This document shows, in pieces, positions 41,701 to 53,700 of a stretch of DNA of 64,000 bases; positions within the stretch are counted from its first letter, which is position 1, and the number at the start of each line of letters is the position of its first letter. The notes under the pieces were generated by a model that saw only the letters and a list, made by a program, of their open reading frames with translations, was not told the origin of the DNA and did not search any database. Position numbers and translations under genes: made by a program. Source of the DNA: Callorhinchus milii (taxonomy: Eukaryota); NCBI RefSeq assembly GCF_018977255.1, contig NW_024704742.1, positions 111,230,001 to 111,294,000 of the forward strand, in the 5' to 3' direction.

Positions 41701-44700
41701 CTCCCAATACATTGTGGGATGGGGGGGTGGGGTGTCGATCCATTGTTGGAGGTGCCATCCTTTGGTTGAGACATTAAACTGAGATCCCATCTGCCTATTC
41801 AGTTAGACATTAAAGATCCCATCACAATATTTGAAAAGAATAGAGTTGTTTTGCTGAATACAAGAGAAGTAAAATATCCTTTCTTAAAAAAACATAATAT
41901 TTATTTACACTATAGTATCAGTCAAAATATAGTCTTAATACACCTACTTGTGTGGGTTCATCTAGTTCTGCTCCTCCTTGGACAGTATGGTTCAGCAGTT
42001 GGAACAGGTAAGTCTCAGCTGCCTCAGGTAAGTCATCGCTAACAACAGTGAGATTTACTGTCGCCAACATCTGACCTTCAGCAAAGGTCAGGATTCCTGA
42101 GGCTGGCACGAGATCTGTAGTCACAGCAGAGGAATTGCTGCTGTTCCGTGATATCTGCCAATTCACTGAAACTTCAGCATGTGTTCCTCCATTCCTTACA
42201 ATGACAATTTTATCAAATCTGCAACCAGAACATAAAACAATGTTCAGTTACTGTCTGGATTACTATATATGGGTCAACCAGACGCCAACCCTAATGCTCT
42301 ATACTAACTTTATTAACACTTACTTTTACAAGGTATGACCTCAAATGCTTTCAGATACATCAAGTGCAAGTTGAGTGTTGTGAAGGGTAATATGAGGGCA
42401 GACATCAGTATTTCTTTACAAAGAGAGTAATTAACAGAACAGATTATCAGAAATGGTGGTTGAGATCAGGGCACTGGGATTATTTCAGAAATAGCTTGTT
42501 GCTTTATTGCAAAGGTGGTAGGGTTCTGGAAATATGAGATTCAAAGAACCTACTGGATTATTATTGCTATACACAAAAGATATGTAAGAATTTTCATGGA
42601 TGATACACTTGAAGTACACATAGCCTTGTCAGTTGCCAATTGTATTTAATAAAATAAACATAATATTTGTAGATTTTTCTAATTTTGTTTTTATTTACAT
42701 AATAATCCTTGCATTTAATATAGCGCCTTATCACATCTTCAAGACTTCTTAAAACGCTTCACAGAACATACTGTAAAGTGAACTGACTGTATATTTTGTG
42801 TGTGAAACGTGGCAGCCAATTGCGCACAGCCATGTCCCACAGACAGTCGTGGATTGAAAATGAACAATTTATTATTTTTTTTGGAGGGATTATTATTAGG
42901 CGTGTGGAGTGCTCTAACCACTGAGCTACAGGACTCCATATTTTATTATCCTTTGGATTTGAGAAATGTCTGATGTCTGAGTCCTATGTTACCACACTTC
43001 CAGAACGATTCACGTACCCAATGCAAAAACAGTACCTCTGTGCAATAATTAATGATACATTAATGTGCTGCTCATGCTCAACAACTTGTATTGATATAGC
43101 ATCTTAATAAGAATATAGTATATTATTAAATACTACAGAATTCTAATATATTAATATGTACTAGGTATAATCTTACAACCTGGAATTCCAACATTTTGTA
43201 GTTGTAAAAATCATTAAAAGTTGTATTTTCCCTTACCTTGTTGTCAAGTCTTCATCAATGATAAGATATTCCGTCAGAAGAGCGCTGCTGATTGACAGAA
43301 CTCCATTGGGTTTGTCATTTGGTTCAATTGTGATGTACGCAGCACTGGGATTTTGCAGAACTGCATCACCCTGCAGTGTCTCTTCAAGCAACACAACCTG
43401 AAATGTCTCTGCAATTTCTGGGATGAGATCATCAATAATCTGAAACTTCAGGTTCGCTTCGTAAACATATGGTGGAAAAACAATGGTCCTATTAGGCTGG
43501 AGGTCAATAAAATCAGACATTAATACTGCACAAGCAGAACTGTTACCAGTTAATATCTGGTAATTAATAGAAACCCAAGCATTGTCTGAACCAATGACAT
43601 TTCCATCCCGGTCCCTTCCACGAATCACTGACATGGTAATCACACCATCAGCTTCTGACACAGCATACGCAGCTTGTGATAATCGCAATGGGCTGTCATT
43701 TTTATTGATCTTAATTTGAAAGGTGTTTTGGGTGGAATTGATTTCTGCTCCTCCCTCTGCACTCATCAACCGGACTCTGAAAACTTCATCATTTTCAGGA
43801 ATCTAGAGAAAAAAGAAAATGCTTAAAACTGTGGTCATTGAAAAAGAAAGCAGCAAATAGGTCTTTGATTCAGCAATTTCATATTTAAATTTTTGGGTAG
43901 TGAGTTTCCTTTAGGGGTTTGTGAGGTAAACATTCTAAATCTATATAATAATCAACAGAATTATAAAACAATGAGAAAAAGCATTTTAAAACCAGGACCA
44001 GCTTAGAACTCACTTTATCTTTTATCATTATTGGTGTAAACCAGTCCTCTCAGCAATCAGATTGAACTGAGGGAGAGTCTCAATAGTTCATGTTCTGCCA
44101 AATATGCTCTGTACAATCTTAACTTGTCCAACAAGTGCCACAGTTTCACATAGAAACTGACAGATATTTTTATTGCCTCTATTCATGTACTCTTGATTTT
44201 GCTGACTGCTTCCTTTCAGTCATTGATTGACCATTGTTGGGCTGTGTTGTATGACTCACTGTAAAAATTATACTGAATTGCTCTGAAAACTGAGTTTAGA
44301 ATCAGATTTATTTTGCATTGGAGCCTGGCTGCCAAAAACTGCCTGTGGAGTTGCTTTCGTCAGGATGACATAAGGCAAGTGTAGATCGATTCAGAACTCC
44401 ATTCAAAGATAACAACATTTTTAAGGGACAATTTTAACGTCAATAATATACAATCATACTCCTTAATCTTCCATAATAACATTAAAAAAACCTTTCTAAA
44501 GGCTCTGCAAATGCAATTGGGATTCAGGCTTTCTGCTCCTAACTGCTTTCCTACTCCAGGAATATAAACCCTGCTTAAGTGGAGAAGTCTGAGATGATTT
44601 CTCCTCATATGCAACTCGTCAGAAGTGCAGAACTCTGATATTGGGTGCTCTCTTTTTAAATAGTGTTAAAGAGCCTGCTCAACAGTATTAAGTGAATGGT

Positions 44701-47700
44701 CCCTTGGGGGTAATGATCCACTTGACCATCTAAGAACTTTTATAGTAGCAGAGGTTGAATTGATTTAATATTAATCAATGTGCTGCCAAAACACACTTGA
44801 CACTGTTTGCTGGGCATCCAAGATGGAAGTGGGAGCTGAGAAGAGTGGATGATAGCCAAAAGGCTTGGGATGGAACTTGAATAAGGTGAGGAAGGGAGTG
44901 AGTTGGAGGGATTCCAGGATGATAGCTAAAGAGTGAGGCCAATATATTGTATGTTTCGACGGAGAGCAAATTACCACATCTAGTCATGACAAAACTGATA
45001 CTGACAATAAAACGCTCATGGGTTATTTCAGTGAAACATTATTCTACTTTCAGTAAAAATGTCCCACATCAAGGCAGTTGTCTCTTGAAGGAATAAGTAT
45101 AATGCAAAACATCTGTTGAATATTATTAATGATTAACAAAATCCACATGTTAAACAACTGTTGTTTAATCTGGGGTTGAGAAGGTTTGTCACTCAACAGC
45201 CACTTTGTTTTGTTCATGCTCTTTGTGAAGTTCTCTTTTCTCACCTTATCATCCAGAATGATGAGGTTATAGATGATTATAGCTCTCCCAGGAGGAAGGA
45301 TAACACGTCCCCGGGTTGGACTGATGTCTTTGCTTGCAGAACTCAAGCCTGTTATCTGGTAGTGCAAAGTAAACATAATAACTGCAATAATTAAATTCTC
45401 AGATCTTACATCGTGCGTCACAGCATAATCTCTAGAAAATACATTTCATGGTATCAAAATGAAGAACAGCCAACGTTTTGTTTTAAAAATAGGTTTTACT
45501 GCGTCATCACTGGAACTAGTCGATAATCTTCATGTCAAGATGGTTTGAATTTGAAGAAGTATTTATTCTAAAAATGTACTACTTAGTTTAGATTAATTTC
45601 TGTTTTAGTTAGGTTTCATCAAGTAAACCTACTCATAAATTATAGCTCTGAACTCCTCAATAATGCAAAAGGCTAAAATATGAGAAAAACAGATATAATT
45701 TGGTATAATGAAACACTCAGGAATTCTGTATTATTTTGCTATGTCTGTATGAGTTAGTGGAAGGTGCTCAGATATGCTGTTACCACAGAACCCAATCTTT
45801 GAAGCCAGGTCCATGTTAGCTGACATACTACATAGCAACATAAGAAGTTCAGGTCAGGAAAATGCCATTCAGCCCATTCAGACCATTCCATGTGCAACAG
45901 ACATGTTCTAATCGCACCTCTACATCTTCCTGCCATATCCCTTAATATTATTTCTCTCTAAATACCTATTCAAATTGTATTGTTTATAAAATAGAACATC
46001 ATTTTACTGTGAAAATATTATCCACGTTTTCATATGAACGTAATTTATGATTGTGGAAATGTTCTTTCAATCAAAATAAATTTTACTCAATGCTCGCTCA
46101 GGAATATTATTGACAAGAGAGGAATTGTGTCTGATAAATAAAAAGAGAAAAGTCACAGAGAGCAGCAGTGCAGCATAATATGGAACCAGTAGTTATGCTG
46201 AAGAATGGCAAGTTGCAGATTCATACCCATGACAGGATGAATTCCTAATCACAGGCTTGGATAGTAATTTGATATTTGACATAGCACCTTATCACGTCTT
46301 TGAGACATCTTAAAGAGCTTCACAGAGTATACTGGATATACTAATTGTATATGTTGTGGGCAAAACATGCATAGCAGTATCCCACAAAGAGTTGTGAATT
46401 GAGTGACCAAATTATTATTATTTTTAAAATTTTGAAGGCATTATTACCCTCGGAAAAGTGATCCGCCAATCGACTAACAACCAGGTTCATACTTACTGAT
46501 AGGTAAACAGAGCCCTGTGGAATAAGGAAACTTGTCCAACATTTTGCCCTGCCCCACCCAGGAATCGAACCCAGGTCTCTTGCTTGCGAGGTGAGTGCAC
46601 TAATCACTGAGACTCCACAAGTGACTGGTGCTGAGCAGAGACCCAGGAAGAGAAGAAACATTAAGAGACAGCGTTTCCCTGGGCAGAGGGCAGCTAACCA
46701 GTGGCATAACAATGCATCTGATCTAGAAAGGCAAATAGAAGGAATGGATTGATTTGGATAGCTCTTTTCAAAGAGCCGGCACAGACACGATGGGCTGAAT
46801 GGCCTCGGTCTGTGTTGTATAATTCTACGATTCTATTCAATATTTTTCAGTGGTTGCCAATTTTGTCATCAGTGATAAAGCAGTGGGAGATCTCCTGGGA
46901 GAAGGATTTCAATGAAAATAGTGCCATTAATGAAAATCTTATCTATGATGAGACAAAACAACAGTCATAGCATGGAGCACTATTTAAGGTAGGCAGTTGT
47001 CTGAGTTAATAGTAATTAATTAACTGGGGTCAGTGAGTATTATAAGAAAACTACATATCAAGTGTCTTACAGAATTTGGGGGTTTTCAGAATTGTTCAAG
47101 ATAAGGTAGAGTTTTTTTATATATACACACACACACACACATAATCCTCATTTTTATGGTGATCAAAGGTCATTTTTGTACAGAGAAAATTTAATCTCAT
47201 CCACGAGTCATACTAAGGCATCTTCTGCTATCAAAACCAGGATGAGATGGACAATTAATGTTTCATACCTACCTCAAAATCCACAGTTACCGTTCCATAG
47301 GTTCCTTTCTCTCTGATGAGAGTAATAGGCACAAATTGGTTTTCACCTCTTGGCTCGTCTACAGTGATTGGAGAAGACTACGAGAGAGAGAATGTTATCA
47401 TCAGCCATAAAGCAATAAATATCACTGTGTGGATTTGGCTAGACAGCAGAACAGTTTCCATGGCAATGCTCAATTCCCGTGGACAAATTCATCTAATCTG
47501 TAAAGTGGTCCAGTGATGGGGTTACATCTCCTGGCAACCAATCTGTTGTTTAAGACTAAAATCCTTATGTACACTTTCAGAAGAACTTGAATTACAAAAC
47601 TCAAATGCAAGAAGTTTAACATAAAAAGGCCAAACATATGAATTAATTTTTTGTGCCCTTTAAAGCAAATGATCAAAAATAAATTACATTTAAGATTAAA

Positions 47701-50700
47701 ATGCTGCTATGCATATTTTGACAATTAAACTTTCTTCAATGCCTCTTGATTTTTTAAAGAATCTGTTATTTTACTCTGTGAAAACAAACACGGCACATCC
47801 CAATGTCTGTCAGTCCATCTAAGACTCAAGACCTTAACTTTTCATATCACTGAATAATGGCTTCTCTAATATCAACATACTTCTGTTTCATTACCTTCAG
47901 TGTTTTATCACTGTATTCATGTTGTCTGTTTTCCAAAGTGCTCTGATGCACACTATCACATCTTGTGATTCCAAAACAATATTCAACATGTCTTCAAAAT
48001 TTGCCATATCTAATACTGTAGAAGATGAAAGCTATGCTCACCACATTGAAAGAAATAATTCCAAAGGCATTGTCATTTGACAGAATGGTTATTGTGGCAA
48101 TACTGGGGGCTCCAAGTGTCACGTTTGCTGGTGCAACCTGGAAATGACAGAAAAATAGTGTTAAATAAGTTTTGTTAAGTTTATCACGGGCAGTTTATTT
48201 GGAGGCCGTGTGAACATATAAACATTCCTGCTGAATTTCAGGTTTATTAAGATGTAAGTTTATTACATCTTAGTAAACCTGAAATAAATTAAATGAAATT
48301 TTATTTCACACAGAATGTTTACGATAGCAAACATGCCTCGCAATAAAAATAATACCTTTATGCTTTATTTTCATAAATGTGGGCAGCAGCAGCAGCACAA
48401 AGTCTAAAATTGACCAATTCCAAGGAGAACAATCATAAACGATTTCAGAATACATATGACGCTTTCTAGTGGACAGCACTACAAATCACTAGCCAAACCA
48501 AAAATGTATTGTTGATGCTAGTGTCACAATCCAGATTGTTGTTAACCAGTCTTTCGAGGCAAATTGTAATTTCCAAGCAGATTTAGTTTTCAATTAGGAA
48601 ATGCAAAGCAAATTGCTTGTGATCTACAGAACGCAAGTTATTTGGACACCTCAGCTCGAGTAGGATCTCTGTGTTAAATAAGAGGCTTTCAATACTCATT
48701 TATCACAGTTTGACAATCCGCTAATGACACCATAGCAATAAGAAACTAGGTATGAAGTATGCAATTCTGATTGAAAATGAAGGTTCTTTTCAGTTCTTCG
48801 TCTTTATACAATATCCTTTGACTTAAATGTTAAAAAGCTGAATTCTATCCCCAGCTCCAGGTCAAAGGTTTGCTCAATCTGATTCATGCAATGAAATGAA
48901 TGGTTGTGGGAAGATAGATGTCTTGTACATTTCTTTCTTTTAACTGTCTGTATCAATGCAGTATACGGAATTCCGCTGAAGAAAGCTCGTCTGTGAAACA
49001 CTTTGTCCTAAAATCCTTATATATTATGGAACTTTACTTGTAAAAAAATAATGGAGCCCTTTTACATTTGCATTCAGCATTCAGAAAGCATGCGTTTCAC
49101 GATAGAAATCCATTCTTGTGGGCAACACTCTGATCTTCATTGAAGGAAACAACAGTAAATACTCAAAAGATCTGCTTTAATTCTGCACAAGAATGTTTCA
49201 TTTTTATTTATTTTTTAAAAAAATCTAATTTCGGAATTTTTTTAATACAAGAAATATTAAATAATTGACCATTACAACATGCAGCATAATCCTAATGGCC
49301 TATCAAGAGTAAAATGCTGTTGGAATCCTATCCCAGGAAAACACTAAGAAAAACATAGAAACTGGGAGATACTTTGCTTAAAAGGTGCTGGACAAAAGAG
49401 GCTGCAGCAAAATGTGCTTCAAAACTAACATGAAAATAACATGACTTTGCCACACTTGTATCACAGAGCACCTCTGACTATCTTGAAAGATTTGGAAAAG
49501 CATCTAGATAAATAAAAATATTAAAGAAGCATACATTTAGGAACATTGAATAAACTAGCATTTATACAAACTAAGCAACACAATCAAGGCACTGTCAGCT
49601 GTATTAATTCTGTTATTTCACCTGCTGAACTTATATTACAACAACAACAAAATTACATTTGTATAGCGCCTTTCACGTCGGGAGGACGTTGCAACAGTTA
49701 ACAGCTAATGTCACAACTGTTTACAAAATATCTTCTGAGAAAATTTAAAAGACCTTTGTCTTTGTTCCTATTGTTGTACATTAGAAATAACACACATGCA
49801 TAGAAAAGGATGCAGAAAACTAAAATAAATGCAAAGTGTGTTTTTTTAGTGCATCTGGTGGGAAAATGCTAATCGGTTTCAAATGTGCCAGACAAGGTGA
49901 AATGATGCTGCCATATTATTTCTACATTATTCATTCTCTAACACTTTAAGCTTTCCAAATGTAATGAATATCAGTCCTCTGCCACAACTGACTCTATAGA
50001 TCACTTGATCTAAATCTGAACTTCATACAGTCCACGCTGGAGTCTATTATCAGCAGTTTCCACAGCAACGTCCCTAGCATCTTACTGTTCACACGCTACT
50101 TCATTCAAATGTTACCTCGCTCATGCATGATGTCATCTCTGCTTTGAAATACCTGCGGTTATAATTTAAATGAGGTTTGGCTCAATGTTTCACGTGAATG
50201 AGTTTTTTTTATTCTCAAAACACAGTAGAATGAGAATTGGAAAGAGTGCGACTGTTTTGGACAAGAGAATTAACTGATGATGTACATTGACTTTTGTTTT
50301 ACTGATAAGTGAAGGTCTGAAGCAGAATACAAATGCATTCTATTATAGGGTTTCCTAATGTGAAGGATGTCTGCTTTATTTTCTATTTGCATCTCTCTAC
50401 AACAAACAGCAGTGCCATATACCCCAAAAAAATCATTTTCACGGTGGTCTCAGGAGCATTAGAATTTGAATATTTAGATTCATACGGAATTACATTTAAC
50501 TCTTGCACCGCCAACAGCCCAGGGTATTCTAATCTCCCTGGGTGAACCATATTTTTAAGTTGTCAAATATTACACCATAATGCTGGAACAATCCAATATT
50601 ACAGTAATAGTTATTCATATACTGGTTTTAATAACATTTTAAGCACTTTATTTTCAAATCCCATATTTCTCCTATTTTAATTATTTTTTTTATTTTAAAA

Positions 50701-53700
50701 TATTATACAACTTTTAAATCTTTGAGGATATTTTTCTAATGTTTAATCTACACACAGTGGATTTTACCTTATTGTCTCAAGTCTGTGGGGCCTATTATCC
50801 ACATTAGGACATTACTGGGTGAAATTGGGCTGCCTTGTGTGCCTACAAATGCACACTGATTCCACTTCACAGAGAATTCTATGAAACACTTTGGAACATC
50901 CTCCCAATGTGAAAGGTGCTATAACAAATACAAGGATAAGAAAAATTGGCCTCTGATTTGCCGAAAAACAATTTTTGTTCAGTTGAGGCTCAGGAATTAA
51001 AGATTACCTTGGTTATGTGATTCCAGCAGCCAGGACAAAATTTGGACATAGTTTTTAGGACTTTAGCTGATAAATTGGCTTAAGGAAGTGGTCTTTGCTA
51101 AAACAAGTTATTTGACTTGTTACCAGCCATGGTGATAATTTAATTTTCAGCCGTCCGTTTTAAAAATATCACGTAAAACATTAAAATTCCAAAATGACAC
51201 CAATGTTCTTTATCCTCAAGTTCTGGGATAACTAATTGGAGTAGCTATTAGCCACATGATCTCTGGTAACCAATAATGTAAATTATTTATCAAAAACCTG
51301 TAGTTATGTCACAATCATTTATTCTGCATCAGGAACATCAATTGCGCAATCCAGCGGATCAGTGTGAAGAGTTGTTAAATAGAAGGATCCTCAATTGATT
51401 AAATGCCTCGTAAATCTAACAAAACTCTTCTGAAATGGCTTCAATCTCATCTGACTGTTCAAATGTTAGGAACAAGCCAATTAAACTTGCACTCTCACAG
51501 ATTATAACACTAAATAACTGTTGGGTTGATTATTGTACTGTATATTATTGCATTGTAATCAGTCCAGGATCCCAATCATTTCTTTTTTCCTTGTCAGTGT
51601 AAAAGTGATGCCCAAACTTCTGAAGGTAATGATTATTGGCAGAAAAATTTGTAAAATGTTAAAATGATTGACTACTATTTAATATTCAGAGCCATGCAAA
51701 GCAGTGCAAGAATGCAATCATAGTACTAACTAATGGATCACAACATATTGCAGTGAAGTTCTGAAGGGAACAGACCTGTTCTTTATGAGTGGGAATACAC
51801 ACGTCATCTGTTATGCTGGATGGGCCGAGAACAACAAAGGCTGAGGCACTGACAAGTTTGTCCCCAAACATGAAAAGACTGAATATTCTGTACTTTTGTG
51901 TCGCCTGTAAAGCTTTATGCTTTGTTTATACCATGCTTTTCATAGTGATTCAATGCAAAAATCACACAGAAACACAGTATAAACTGAGTTTGAAACACAG
52001 ACTTGCAAGAGATTTGTACTGAGCCCACCTACCAAGAGCACATTGAGAAGGTCATTTCTAACCACTCTCTGACCTATCCTTGTCAAGCATCAAAACAATG
52101 TCATTTGCAGAAAGACAGATTGGCAGAAAGACAGAAACCAAGATAACTTGTGCTGCAAGATTACCAACACTACAGAGACATAATATCCCAGTTTTATTTT
52201 ATTTGACTTGGTTACAATCATAACGTATCCACTGAAGAAATTAAGATTTTTGTGCAAGACTCTTTGTAAAAATATAAATTCCTCTAGCTTGGTCATTCCA
52301 GAATAAAATGTAAAATACACTGGCTAAAAGAGATAAGCCAGAGATTCACTTCTGAGAAAGACTAAGTAATTTGTGCATGCAACATTCATGATGCAACCTT
52401 GTGATGGACACATCATACACAAGTGTGACATTATGTATTATCCTATTTTTTCTTAGAAAGGTTTAAGGTGGCGAGCTAGTCCCTAGAGGCACTGCAAAGG
52501 AAACCAACGAGGCTGATCCCCAATGTTACAGTGATGAAGCTTAAGGAAGGCTAGATAAGCTTAGGCTCTTGAATCCCAAATACAGAAGGCTTTATGCCTT
52601 CTAGAAGTATACAATAAACAACAACAAAATTACATGTGTTAAACGCCTTTCACATTGGGAGGACATCCCAAGGCGCTGGACAGTCAGAGTTTGGGATCCG
52701 AGCTGCGGGTCGGGATCGGGGAGGGTGGAGGGGGAAGCAGGGTGATCGAAGGCTCGGTCGAAGAGGAGGGTCTTGAGATCGGTCTTGAAGGAGGCAAGGG
52801 AGAGCGCGAGGTGGAGGGACTGTGGAATGGAGTTACAGAGGGTGGCGGCAGAGTGGCAGAAGGCCCACCGGTCAATGTTGAGGCGGGCGAGGTAGGGGAT
52901 GTGAAGCAGGCCAGAGCCCGCTGAGCGTAGGGATCGAGCATGATGGTAGGGGGTTAGGAAGTCGCAGAGGTAGGGGGGAGCAAGATCATGGAGGGCTTTC
53001 AAGGTGTGGACCAGGATCTTGAACTGTATACTCTGTGTGATATATTTCACAGAATAGAGAAAGTAAACCAAGAACAATACTTTTGTAGGTTTTTAGGGGG
53101 GAGTCAGCCACTGTGCCTGATACCCCAATGCAGATATCACACATTCAAAGTTGCGAAGAGCGATTTTTGGACAGAGACCAGGAAGTATTTACCTTACATA
53201 CATAGGCAGCAGATGAAAATATTCTTTGATGGGGAGATTGGGTTGACTCAAACTCAGTTGAAGGGTCAGTCCCCTTTACGACAGACTCTAAGTTAACTTT
53301 AAGTTTAATTTTAACTTTACGTTGACTTGACTGAGAGGTTCATCAGCCAATCAAAAATGAGGATGCCCTGATGAGCAGCCCACCGGGCCAGAAGTGGGTG
53401 GCACTGCCAACGTGTTAGGAGAGGGTCAAGAGAAGGCCTTCTCCTTCAGCACCCCTTAAAGTGAGGTGTATATAGATTGGATGGGAGTGAGCCCCATCTA
53501 GTCCCAGCCACCTGGCGCTTTTGCTTACACAGAGGATAAACAGATTACCAGGGAGTGTGGCAGAGGTCAGGACACTGGACTAATTTAAGAAATGGTTTGA
53601 AATCAGTGGGTTGATAGTCTAGAAGGATGAGATCAAGCAGCCCAAGGGCTTTTTTTTTAAAACCTGTGGTTCTCTTATGATTTTGTGAAAATGAAAGCTA

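Noticed and set aside
53237..53352. Loose inverted repeat around TAAGTTAACTTTAAG
   Set aside because: The arms match too poorly by eye to support a MITE or hairpin call.
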